Assembly: GCA_000004695.1 (NCBI GenBank)
Contig: CM000150.2
Span: forward strand, 2,272,001-2,336,000
Direction: 5' to 3'
Source of the DNA: Dictyostelium discoideum
Taxonomy: Eukaryota
Length of the DNA stretch: 64,000 bases
A model generated the notes under the pieces. It worked only from the letters and a program-made list of their open reading frames with translations, was not told the DNA's origin and made no database searches. Shown in pieces: positions 32,383-45,699 of this stretch. A program made the translations under genes and the position numbers. Within the stretch, counting starts at the first letter, position 1. The number at the start of each line of letters is the position of its first letter.

Positions 32383-33729
32383 ATGAAATTATCATATACA
32401 ATCTTTTCACTATTTATAATTTTTAATTGTTTTTATTATTTTTCAGAGTAAGTTTAAAAAACTTTTAAATAAAAAAAAAAAAAAAATAGTATTTAATTAA
32501 TAAAATTTAATTATAAAAAAATATTAGAGCCCAATCAATTACTTCTATTAGTAGCATTTATAAAGGAATAACTCAAAATGTAACATTAACCGGTACTGGA
32601 TTCACACAAACAACAAATCTTACACTTAAAAATACTTTTTCATTTTATGGAGTTGTAATTCAATGTCCATCAATAGTTTTTAGTAAGTTTTTTTTTTTTT
32701 TTTTTTTTAAAGAATTTCAATATTAATATTTTATATATAAAAAAAAAAAAAAGTTAATTCAAATAGTATGCAATGTGAAATTCCTTTAGCATGGGCATCG
32801 GATTATACTCAAGTTGCAATTAATAATACATATAATTCAAGATATCTTACAGCCATCTCTACCACAATGGATAAAGTTGAAATTTTATCATCAAGAATTG
32901 TAAAAGTTACAGGTGATGCTTTATTACCAGTAAATTCTACTTTCCAACTTCAAATATACAATAACACAAAATATAATCTTACATGTAAATCTGAAACATT
33001 ATACAAGGTTTATTCATGTGAAATTCCATTTGATAACTTATTAACCAACTGTTTTAGAATTAATTATATTGATTCTTCAAGTTCAACTTATGAATATGTC
33101 TATTTAGGTATGTAGAAAGTTTATTTTTTAATAAGAATGATATTTTTAAAAAATAAATTACTAACATTAAATTTATATTATTATTGAAAATAATATTAAT
33201 AGGACCAACATTAAATTCAATTGAATTATTAGGAAATTCATTGAAATTTGATGCAGATGTTCATTGCCCAACTACAGCTCCATCTTTAAGTATTATTATT
33301 AACTCTATCCCATTCTCAAGTAATATCCAAAATTCATTTGGTAATACTTATTTATATCAACCAACATTCACTCTTTGTACCGACTTTTCCAAATTATTTA
33401 ATATTTCCATTACTGCCTCCTTTTCTTATTCTTCTTCAATTAAGTTTACTTCAAATATGATTAAATTTGATTGTTCCATTGGTAAAGCTACTTCCTCTGA
33501 TAATGGAACATCCACTCCTGTACCAACTTCTGAACCTTCCTCCACCCCAACTCAAACTCAAACTCAAACTCCAACTCCAACTCAAACTCAAACTCAAACT
33601 CCAACTCAAACTCATACACCAAAACCAACAATCCCAAATGAAACAAGTGAATTTTATGATTCCTCTGCATCAAATCTCTCGATTACTAGCACTTTCTTTA
33701 TTTTATTAATGATTGCTTTATTATTTTGA
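32383..33729 (+). CDS. GPI-anchored cell-surface glycoprotein with an IPT/TIG-like domain and a (TQ/TP)n stalk. Exons: 32383..32447, 32528..32682, 32754..33107, 33203..33729.
   Basis: Signal peptide MKLSYTIFSLFIIFNCFYYFS; donor GA|GTAAGT. Exon 2 reads SISSIYKGITQNVTLTGTGFTQTTNLTLKN...CPSIVF, which is IPT-like. Exon 3 needs an A-rich acceptor (aaaaag|TT) to keep frame with ORF 32768. Exon 4 ends in a TQTQTP stalk and a hydrophobic GPI signal (ITSTFFILLMIALLF). Confidence 0.6.
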
Positions 33730-34168
33730 ATAATTAACAAAATAACAAAAAAAAGATATATAAACAAACATCAAAACATAGATGTATAAATAAATATTTT
33801 AATTAAAGAAATATTTAAATAAAATTTATTTTTATAATTAAAAAATAAAATTAAAAATAAAATTAAAATTAAAATTAAAATTAAAATTAAAATTAAAATT
33901 AAAATTAAAATATAAATATAAATATATTGTAAATCCACTTGAATTTAGAAAATTATTAATATTTTTAATTATTATAATAAATATATAATTTTTTTTTTTT
34001 TTTTTTTAAAAAAAATTTATTTACAAATAATTAATTACAATAATTCTTATAATAAAATAAATATTTTTTTAAAAATCCAACCACTTTGTTGATCCCATTA
34101 TATGGTGAATTGTAATTTCGAAATATTGCGCAAATTTTACAAAATATATTTATAAATAAATATTTAAT

Positions 34169-34684
34169 TTATTGATTATTTTCTTTTTCTTTTTTTGGTA
34201 CATTTTTAAATTTAATTGTACCATTTTCAGTTACACCAACCTCAAGACCTAAATCTTTAAGTTCATCATTATTTGCAACACCTTTAACTTTCAAACTTTC
34301 AATTAAATTTTGATTCTCTACATTATCTTCACAAAGATTTCTAATTGCAAATACTGACCATTCTTTAATATCTATATAAATTATTAGTATTATTATTATT
34401 ATTAGGAAAAATCATAATCTTAGTAACTTATTTATTTATTTATTTATTTATTTTAAATTATTATAATAATGATTATTATACATACATGGATTATTAACAT
34501 CAAAACGACAATGATTTAAAATGATTTCAATACCACCTAATTCACGAATTTCATCTTGATTACCTCTATTTTTGTAAGATAAATTACCTAAAATACGAAT
34601 GAGTTCAATTTTGAAACCTTTATCTTGTGATTCAATATTTTTATTAAACCCTTTTGATGTTACAGTTTCACCATCTGTTGTTGT

Positions 34685-34720
<36 letters not shown>

Positions 34721-36216
34721 GTTTGTATCACTACCATAATTACCATGTAAAGAACCAATACAAATAGCAACTAAACCTTTTTTTCTTAATAAAGTATTTA
34801 AATCGAATTTTTTAGAAGCAGATGGATCAATTGCACTATCCTTTGAGAATGGATCATTTAGAATTTGATTAACTGGATCCTCTTCCCCCTCTTGTTGTTT
34901 AGTTGGTATTTGGTTTGGTTTAAATATTGATAATGATAATGATAACATCTCTTCAGTGTATGATGTAATATTTGCAAATATTTTAATAAAGAAAAAGATT
35001 GCATCGAAATCTGATTGATTTAAACTTGTTGTCAATTGTTGAGTTTCAACTTTTAAATCTTTACGAGCGAAGTCTAAATTATATAAACTTGCCAATTCAT
35101 CAATCATGAAATAACAAGTCTTTAAATCAATTATTGAATCTTTTTCAATATATTCTTTAATATTCTTCTTATCACCATCATGTATAATTGAATCTAAAAG
35201 ATTTAATAATTTAACTTGATTTTTATTTGTTTTACCTGTTGTTGTTGTTGTTGTTGAATCTGTTGTTGAATCTGTAGATTCTGTTGTTGTTGATTCAGTT
35301 GTTGATTCAGTTGTTGATTTAACTAATTCAGTTGAATATTTATTATCTGATAATGATTTATATAAATCAATGAATAAATCATTGATAAATAAACTTTTGG
35401 AAATTAAATGAATCCAATGAAAATTTTGAGTATTATATTCGTGATCGAATGTATCATCTTCTTTAATTAACTCTATAATTAATTGAACTAATCTTTTATT
35501 ACAAACTAAATCTTTCATTCTATCTTTACTATTTAATATACAATTATAAATTAACATTAAATTGGTTGGTAATAATTTAAATTCATCATTATCTTTATAT
35601 TTTTCAATTAATATTCTAAATGTTAAAAAAATATATTATATGTTAGTGTGTGTATTTATATATATATATATATTTACATATATGTTTTATCTCATGAGAA
35701 TATAAATATATATAATTACATTAAATTATTTGGATAGATATTTGACCATAATAAAGATTGAGTTTTATCATTTAAAACAATACCATTAATTAATAATTGA
35801 TATAATGATGTTAGGATATTTTTTTTATTAAGAGTTATTTTAATATTATTATTTTCATTTATTAGTTGATTTATTATGAAATTTATAAAATTTGAATTTG
35901 AAATTATAATATTTTGATTCTCTGAAACATTTGCGCATAAGTTTCTTAAAAATCTAATTGATGTTAAATTGAATTTAAATAATTTTTCATTATTATCACC
36001 ATTTGCTGTTGTTGACTTTATTATATAATTCATTAAGATATTTAAAAATTCATTATGTTTATTTGATATTTCTTTTCTAACATCAAATTCTTTTGAAAGG
36101 TTAAATAATTCTGTGATATCTGTAATCATTGTATCCTCATCCTCTCCATTACTAATTTCTTTTGATAAACATTCTAATAATGATTTTATTATTTCTGTTG
36201 TTGAATTTACTTTCAT
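34169..36216 (-). CDS. Ataxin-10 homolog (ARM-repeat protein). Exons (minus strand): 36216..35720, 35615..34486, 34371..34169.
   Basis: The C-terminal region LIRILGNLSYKNRGNQDEIRELGGIEIILNHCRFDVNNP | YIKEWSVFAIRNLCEDNVENQ matches the ataxin-10 domain signature, including the EWS.FAIRNL motif that sits across intron 2. Donors are AT|GTAATT and T|GTATGT; acceptors are catttag and tatatag. Phases are consistent. Confidence 0.7.
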
Positions 36217-36242
36217 ATTTTTATTTATTTGTGTTTTGTTTT

Positions 36243-36297
<55 letters not shown>

Positions 36298-36575
36298 TGA
36301 TTTTGTTTCGTTTCAGATTTCAAGCTAATTTTTAAATTTTTTTTTTTTTTTTTTATTCATTTTTAAGATAAAAAAAAAAAAAAAAAAAAAAAAAACCAAA
36401 AACAGAATGGTTACATTCAGTTTATTATATTTTTTTATCATTTTGTGTATATTTGAGTTCTCCATTATAATATAATTTTTTTAAAATTAAAAAAAAAAAT
36501 TAAAAAAATAATTTTGGGGTGTTTTTTTTTCACTTTTTTTTTTTTTTTTTTTTTTGTATTTGTTTTGTGGTAGAT

Positions 36576-36977
36576 TTATAAACTATCAATTATTTTTTTA
36601 TTATTTATTTTTGCATTTGAAATTTTTAATAAATGGTAGTAGTTAATGGCTTTTAATTCATTTATCCTATTTTTTTCATTTATTTGTTTTCTTTCTTCTT
36701 CAGTTAAAATTGGATTTGTAATTCTCAATATTTCATTTGATTTCGATTTTGAAGAACAACAACAACAACAATCATCGTCATTAATTATATCAGAAGAATA
36801 TTTTAGTAATCGACTACTATCATCTTTTGATAAACCTATTTTTGAATTATTCTCTAAATGATTTTCTAAATCTAATTTTAATTGTTCTTGTCTCCCAAAT
36901 TCTAATATTTGTTCATTTCTTTCTTTTTCAATTGCTTCATGTTCTTCTATTAAAAATGCATATATTGAAGTATCCAT
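36576..36977 (-). CDS. Hypothetical small acidic/charged protein (133 aa)
   Basis: The ORF includes a DDDCCCCCSSKS stretch and a coiled-coil-like charged sequence. No domain recognised, and it could be part of a larger spliced gene. Confidence 0.35.
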   Translation of the reverse strand: MDTSIYAFLIEEHEAIEKERNEQILEFGRQEQLKLDLENHLENNSKIGLSKDDSSRLLKYSSDIINDDDCCCCCSSKSKSNEILRITNPILTEEERKQINEKNRINELKAINYYHLLKISNAKINNKKIIDSL

Positions 36978-37357
36978 TTAATATATAAATAAATATATTA
37001 GTTATTTATATATTTATATTTTGGATTTGTTTTAAATAAAATTAAAAAAAAAAAATAAAAAAATAAATAAATAAATAAATAATTAAAAAAAAAATATAAA
37101 CAATTTTAAAATAATTATAAATATTATTTGAAAATAAAAAATTACTAATATTTATAATTCTTTTTTATTTTTATTACTTTTTTAAATAAATATTTTTTTT
37201 TTTTTTTTTTCATTTTTTTTTTTTTTTATTTTCTTCACTTAAACACAACCCCTTATTTTGACATCGAAATAAAACTCACGCCACTATTTTTTATTATTTT
37301 TAATTATTTGTTTTTTTATTTTTATTTAAATTATTATTTTTTTTTTATTTTTAATTA

Positions 37358-37388
<31 letters not shown>

Positions 37389-37453
37389 ATTATTATATTT
37401 TTTATTTTCAAAATTAACACTAATTATTTTTTTATATTATTTCAATTTAAAAG

Positions 37454-38009
37454 ATGAGTAATAGTGGAAAAACTTTAAAGTTTTTAGCAAATAGTGTATG
37501 GAGAGGTTCTTTAAATGGTTCTGGTATGACAACTAGTGGTGGAAATGCATTTAAAAAAGGTATACAAATATAAATATTAAAATATGTAAAATAATATTTA
37601 GTACTAATAATTAAAAATAATAAAAAACAATTAAAAAAAAAAAGGTCTACCATTAGAAGTACCATCTTTAGCGAGAGGTTTACCAGATTCAAAACAAGAT
37701 GAAAATAAAACTAACCCTGAAGAACTTGTAGCCGCTGCACATAGTGCTTGTTTTACTATGACTTTAAGTGCTATTTTAGGTGCACATAAGTTATCACCAA
37801 AGGAAATAGATACCAAAGGAACTTTAACATTGGAAAAAAGACCAGATGGTTTCAAAGTTTCAAGTATTCATTTAACTTGTAGTGGAAATGTACCAGGTAT
37901 TGATGAAAATAAATTCAAAGAATATGCCAACATGGCAAAAAAGAATTGTCCAATGTCAAAGTTATTTAATAATAATTGTGATATTTCATTAGATGCAAAA
38001 TTAGTTTAG
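37454..38009 (+). CDS. OsmC/Ohr-family (organic hydroperoxide resistance) peroxidase. Exons: 37454..37559, 37645..38009.
   Basis: The spliced product MSNSGKTLKFLANSVWRGSLNGSGMTTSGGNAFKKGLPLEVPSLARG...NPEELVAAAHSACFTMTL...IHLTCSGNVPGIDENKFKEYANMAKKNCPMSK has both catalytic-Cys contexts of OsmC/Ohr (AHSACF and KNCP). Donor G|GTATAC (phase 1), an 85-nt intron, and an A-rich acceptor aaaag|GT. Confidence 0.8.
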
Positions 38010-38967
38010 GTCTAAAACCAAAACCAAAACAAAACAAAACAAAAAAAAAAAAAATTATTTGTAAAAAGAAAATAAAAAAAAAATAAAAATTAAATTAAAA
38101 AAAAAATCTTTTTTTTTTTTTTATAATAATAAATATTAATTTCAAATAAAAAAAAAAAAAAAAAAAAAAAACAGAGTATCTATTAATTCAAAAAAACAAA
38201 AAGTATTAAGATCAGGATTATCATATTTTTAATTTTTTTTTTTTTTTTTTTTTTTTTGATGATTTTATTAAATTTAATTAATTTTAATGTTTTTTTTTTT
38301 TGGATTAAAAAAAGAATAATCTGATTAAGGAATAATTTTTATTTTTATTTTTATTTCAAAATTTTTTTTTTTTTTTTGTTTTTTTGAAATTTAAAAATAA
38401 TTTTTATTAGTAATTGTTTTTTATCATAAAAATGATATTAATAAACATTAATTGAATATTGTTGGCAATGAGGTCTTCATATTAATATTTAAAAGACGCT
38501 AAATTGGGGGTTGATTTTTATTTATTGCTAATGTTTTTTTTTTATTTAAAAAAAATTTAATTTAATTTAATTTAAATGAATAAAAAGAAAATAAAAAAAA
38601 AAAAAAAAAAAAAAGTAATAAATAGTATGTTTATTTTACAAATTAATTTGTTATAGATTTTCACACTTTTTTTCCTCACTCTATAATTTCAAACATCAAC
38701 AAACATATACACACACAATTATCCATGTAGATAAAAAAAAAAAAAAAAAAAAAATAAATAAAATAAAATAAATAAAAAAAAAAAAAAAAAAAAAAGAAAA
38801 ATAATAGTAAAAAAAAAAAAAAATCAAATATATCACACATACAACCACTTTCAATACTATAAGTAGTAGTGGATATTTTTACACTATAATTTTTAAAAAA
38901 TATTTTTGAATGTGTCTGTAAATATATGTCTTGAATAATAATATTTGAATATTATCAGTGTTACAAT

Positions 38968-39009
<42 letters not shown>

Positions 39010-39231
39010 AAATAATAAAACATAAAATGTAAGTATTACAAATAATAATTTAAAAATTAATATTTACTCTTTGATATTAATATTAATATTAATATTAATT
39101 TTTTATTTTTTTTTTTTTTATTTTTTTTTTTTTTTTTTTGTTTCTATGCAAAAAAAAAAAGAAATTATACTTTTATTATTATTATTATTATTGTTATATT
39201 ATTTTAAATAATAATAATAATAATAATAAAA

Positions 39232-42200
39232 ATGGTATCAAAAATATTACCAGGATTATTAAAGAAAATATTAGGTAATTACATTGAAGGATTGGATACA
39301 TTGTCAATACCATGGTGGAAAGGTCAAATTGTTTTAGAGAATTTAAAATTCAAAAAAGAGTTATTTTCATCCAATGAATTACCATTTGATTTATTAAGTG
39401 GAGTTGTCAAACGAGTTGTAATTACAATACCAATTTTACATTTTTTAAAAGATCCTATAGTGGTTAATATTGATGGAGTATTTTTACTATTTGGTCCAAA
39501 AGATATAATTAATACATTTAGTAATTATGGTAATGATAAATCTAATAAAAAAGATATCGTTATTGATGATAATGATGGTGGAATTTCAATCGATAGTAAT
39601 AGTAATAATAATAATAAAAAGAATGCGCCATCATCATCTTCATCTAATGATGATTTTTTTAAAAAACCAAATTTAACAAAAGAAGAATTAAAAAAAATTC
39701 AAATTCAAATTGATAAAGAACAATCGAAAGAATCAAATGATGGTTATTCAGCTGATAGTGAAAGTTTTAAATTTAGGATGATAAAGAAATTATTGAAATG
39801 TATTAGAATTCAATTAAATAATCTTCATATTTGTTATCAAGATGATTCAACATCACCAGGTGAAATATTCTCTGTTGGTATTACAATGGAGTCATTTACA
39901 TTTCAAACTACAGATTCGCAATGGGTACCATTATCAAAGAATACTTCAACTCATCAACAACAACAACCAACTTTTAATCCATATGTTGGATCACAACAAC
40001 AACAACAACAACAACCACAACAAAACACTGAAATTAATTATGAAAATGATAGTGAACATAATCCATTCATGAATAATAAAAATAGTGATGAAGGGATATC
40101 ATCATCATCATCATCGTCATCATTTAATAATAATAATTTAAATATACCAACATTAAATTTAAATGATAATTATATGGATTCTGAAGCATATACAACAAAT
40201 ACACAACCAACACCAAAAAGTGAACAATATCAACAGCAACAACAACAACAACAACCATTAGGTCAAATAGTTGATCAAATTATAACATATAAATTGGCAA
40301 GTATATTTAATTTTTCAATTTATTGGGATTCACAATTTGGAAAGACAAGAATGGTAACACCAGAAGATATGGATGTATTGTTAATGCATTCAATACCAAG
40401 GCAAAAAGCAAAGATTAATCATAAATATATACTTCAACCGATTAGTGGATTTTTAAAGATTTGTTTAACTGAAGATTCAATTGAAAGTGTTAATAAGGAG
40501 GGTGTATTCAATTCTATTGCAAATAATTTCAATGTTTCAATTGGATTGAAACAAATTGATTTACAACTAATGGATATTCAATATAGGGATATGTTAAATT
40601 TATTATCATTTTATCAAGATTGGCGAAGAGTTTTAAGATATCATAAATTTAGACCCCATTGTAGAGTTAAAGGAAATGCTAGAATTTGGTGGCATTTTGC
40701 ATTCCGCTCAATCATTTCCGATTTTAGATCAAAGAAAACTGAAATGACTTGGAAGGAAATTGAAGATTCTAAAAGAGTTAGAGAATGTTATATTAAACTT
40801 TACACAGAGAAATTTATAAAAGGAAAGTTGGGTAGATTGGATCAAAACCTTATCGATGAAATCGAGAAAAAAGTAACCTATGAAGATATTGTATTGTTTA
40901 GAACCATCGCTGAAAAGGATTTAAAAGTTACAAAAAGAAAAGATTTAGATCAATTCACAGAGAGTTCAGGTTGGTGGTTAGGTGGTTGGTTAGGATTTCA
41001 ACATCATCATCAAAATAATAACCAAGATAAAATAACATTAACCAATGAACAGTTAACATTCTTGGAACGGTATTTAAAGGTTAATCTTAAAGTTTTAGCT
41101 GGTAAACCTCATTCATCAGTTTCATTGATTTTCTTTTTAAATGTTAAACGTTTGTCAATTTCAATTTTAGATTGGCAAGAGAATCATACAGTTGTACCAT
41201 TAGCAAACATTGATATAACCGAAGTTAATTTACAAATGGAACAATCTCATAATACAAAATTAAAATTCTCTGCTGAATCTTTAGATATTTTCGATAGATG
41301 TTCACCAAATACAAAATTTGAAAATATTATATTAGAGAAATCAAGATTTAATTCTTCAAATATTAATCCAGATAATAGTGCTAATAGTATTGGTTCATTC
41401 ATACTTGATCGTCAAATTTCAAATTCTGAATTTCTAAATGGTGTTTATACTGGTGTTAATGGTACTAATAATAATAATAATAAGAAATTTATTGATATAT
41501 CAATTGTATTAAATCCACCAGAGGATACAACAGATTATTTCATTTATTTTAAATTGGAGCCATTTTATTTCATAAATTCAAAACCATTCGTTGATACAAT
41601 GATACCATTCTTTACACATGCAAATCAAGAAGCATTAGATCGTTTGAAATATTCATTCATAAAGAAAATTAAAATACTTCAAGAATATTTAATAAATGAA
41701 TTAAAACATTTAGTTAGAAATCAAAAAGTTGCAGATATTAAATTAGATATAGCAATACCAGGTTTAGTATTCCCAGAATCTTATGATCGTGAAGATACTA
41801 TGGTATTGGTTTGTAATATGGGTAATTTAATATTAAAAACTCAACCACACAACAGTGAATGGGATTCAATGGATTTCTCTGAAATTAATGAACAAGATGA
41901 AACTGATGAAATTTTCGTACGTTATTGTAATCTTTTAAAAGATAGAGTTAAATGGTGGTCTGATAATTGTCCAATTAAAAAAATTAATGAACCAATTGAA
42001 AAACAAAGTTATATAATAAATTATGTTCAACAACATAGACAAACAATTGAAAATCTTGGTACTGGTAATGGTATAAATAATAATAATAGTGGTGGTGGTG
42101 GTAATGGTGGTAATGCATCTAATTCAAGTGAAGATGATGGTAAATATCCAGAACAAGATGATTTAGATGATAGTAAAGTTGAAAAAGAAGGATTTGATAG

Positions 42201-42882
42201 TTGTGATACAGATTGGAATAAAGTTTCAGTTAATATAAATAATGCTCAGTTTTATGATGGAATAGTTTTAACAATTAGTGATATCTATGTTAAAGTTTGT
42301 GATTGTACACAAATTAATAATTTCAATTATTTAATATCACCTTTTAGTTTGGATATATTTTTAGAGTTATGTTCAAGACCATACGATTTAAAATTACCAC
42401 AAATTAAATGTAAGGCAGAATTATCAGAATTGAATCTACAAGTTTCAGATAAAGAATTATATGAAATCGCAAAGATTGTTGGTAAAAATGGTATTTTAGA
42501 ATACTTTATGGATATGGATAGAAAATCATCAAAAGAATTAGCTGATATGTATGAAATTGTTCAAGTGAAAAAACCAAAGAAAAAATCATTCGAAGTTCAA
42601 TTCTCATTATTCTCTGATACAAAATCAATTTTAAATTCAAGAAAACGTACAAAAGAAAGGTTAGTTAAAACTACACTATTAAGATTCTTTTTCACTAGTA
42701 ATGCAATCAATATGAAATTGAATTATTTAGACTCTTGTACTTTATCATTAACAATGGATCAAATTCGTTGTAGAAGTTTAGTTAAATTTATGCAAATGAA
42801 TATTCAATTCGATATTTCATCAATTGAAATTAAAGATTCAAATTCAATAACACCAGTATTATCAATTTTTCCATATAATTTA

Positions 42883-42952
<70 letters not shown>

Positions 42953-45622
42953 GAAATTTAAATAATAATAATAATAATAATAATAATAATCAAAAACCTG
43001 AATGTTTAAATGAATTTCCAATTTCAATTACAGCGAAATCAATTAGTAAAAATTCATTAGATTATGATTATATTGATTTTGTATTAACATTAACAACTCA
43101 ATATATAAGAATTAATTTTCCAAAAGAATGTGTAATGGCATTAATTGCAATCATTGGTACAGTTGTTACAAATACAACCAATTTCTATGAAACTAAGAAA
43201 TCCATTCTTACAGTTGAAGGTTCATTTTATCAAGGTAGAGTTGGTCAATTTACTCAATCAAACACAACAACAACCACTTCACCACGTTATCATCATCAAA
43301 ATCATCATAATCATCAACATAAAAAACAAAATCGTCATAGATTATCAACAAGATTAGAAACTAATGAATTTGATCCAAATGATTTGAAATCGAAAATTAC
43401 AATTAATATACCAAGTTTTGGTTTAACGCTTAGTACAATTGAAAATGATTTAGTTGCATTCCAATTTGAGGATATTTCAATTGATGGTATTTTTCAATTA
43501 CCTTTAATAGATTGTGAATTAAAGGTTAGAGATATGAAATTCATTGATTATACAGGTTCAGATGGTCCATATCCATATATGTTGATTACACAAAAATCAC
43601 AATCACCAATGGTACCAGTTGTAAGAATGCATTTAGTTTGTCATTCAAATAGTAAAACTCAAGAATGGGGTTTTTCACGTTTAATCAATATAGCTGTTGG
43701 TAAAATTCAAATCACTTTTCTATTACAAACTATAAATTTAATACGTTTATTCATTCATGATATTACTTCATCATTAAAAGAATATTGTCCATTCTTATTT
43801 AAAGTTATGGCAATTGTTGATGATAATAATAAACCATCATCAAAAGATAATAATAATAATAATAATAACAATAATAATAGTGACAGTGATAGTGATAGTG
43901 ATACTGATAGTAGTAGTAGTAGTGAAAACAATTATAATAATAATATTGATTTAAATTCACCAGTTGTTGAAATTGTTAAAAAGAAAAAGAATTTAACAAA
44001 TTTAGAGATTGAAATTGATAATAATGTTGTAATAGTTCCAAAGAATAGTAGATCAAGATCAGCAATTAGATTTAGTGTTGGAAGAATATTACTGGGGTTA
44101 GATCAAATGGATCCAACGGTTGATGCAGTATTTGTAAAGATTTATGGTATTAATATGGCATCGAAATATGAAGATTCAATTGATCCAATCATTTCAGATC
44201 CAATTAAAATGGATATTAGATTCATTCATATGTTTGAAACTTCTTTAAAGGATAAATCAATTGAAGTCATTATTAAAATTGATAAAATTCATTTAAAGTT
44301 ATCTCAATACCAATATAATCTATTATACAATACATATCAACAAAATATTAATCAATCAATTGTACCGGCCCCACCCTCAAATTCATACTCCACTGTCGAA
44401 AGACAAGATATTCTATTGGATATTAGGTTAGAGTTTAAAGATTTTGTTGAATTAAATTTAGAAAATGAAAAAACCAATGATTCAAGATTCTTTTCAATGT
44501 TAATTCAACGTCCAATTATTTGTTGTTCAGTTTGGAATAATGGTGATTCAGATTTCTTGATTAAAACAACTGGTATAAGTGTACGTGATAAGAATAAATT
44601 AGTGGTTGTACCAAATGGATTTCAAGAGATGATCAATATTACACCATATGATTTAGATGTACCAATAAAGAATGTTATTAATCAATCGATTAATGAAGTG
44701 TTTTTTGATATAGTTAAAATGAATATCGATGACAATGGTATTGATATTAATATCACAATAGAATATTTAAGTATCTTTTTCGATTTACCTTGGGTTTCGA
44801 AATTAATAACATTCTTATCACCAATTATTGATGCCGATTATATTGGTAATAGTTGTTCAAATTCAACTAATAAATCTTCAACAACAATCAATACTCAGTT
44901 ATTACCCCCACCGCCTCCACCACCACCAATCTCATTAAATAAATCTGGTGTGAATTTAACAAATCAACAACAAAATGAAGAATTTAATTCAAAATTTAAT
45001 AAGGATTGGAAAATATTCTTAAAAGTTGAAGTATCTGCAAAGAATGCAAATATTATGGTTGGTGATTTAAATAGTAAGAATGAATTAGTATTATTAATGA
45101 ATTCATCATTATTGATTAATTCACAATTTGGTACTGAAGGTTTAATGAAAATAATATTAGAATATCAATGTATTAAAGGTTTAATTGGTAATAAAACAAA
45201 AGATCCAATCTATTCAACTAAAAATCCAAGTGCAACTACAATGTCTTTTATTTCAGCTAGCAGTCGTGATTTGGGTGCTCAAAAGAATACAACTCATTAT
45301 CTTTGGAAAGAATTAAAGAAATCTTCAAAATTATTTTTAGAAACTTTTAAAACTAATATTCAAGTTTGTTTAGTACCTGAAGGTAATCAATTCTATTTCT
45401 GTGAATTAAATGATCTATCATTGGTATTCTCTGGTAAAGCATATAAATATCTATTAGATATTTATGAATGTGTTTCTGATATAATCTATGGTGTTAGTAA
45501 ATCAAAAGATATTACAAATAATAATTTAGTTCAAAAACATAGTCGTTCATCTTCAATTAGTACAGATTTACCAATACCAATTAATTTAAGAAGAAGTTCT
45601 ATAATTTCAACAAATTTAATGC

Positions 45623-45699
<77 letters not shown>

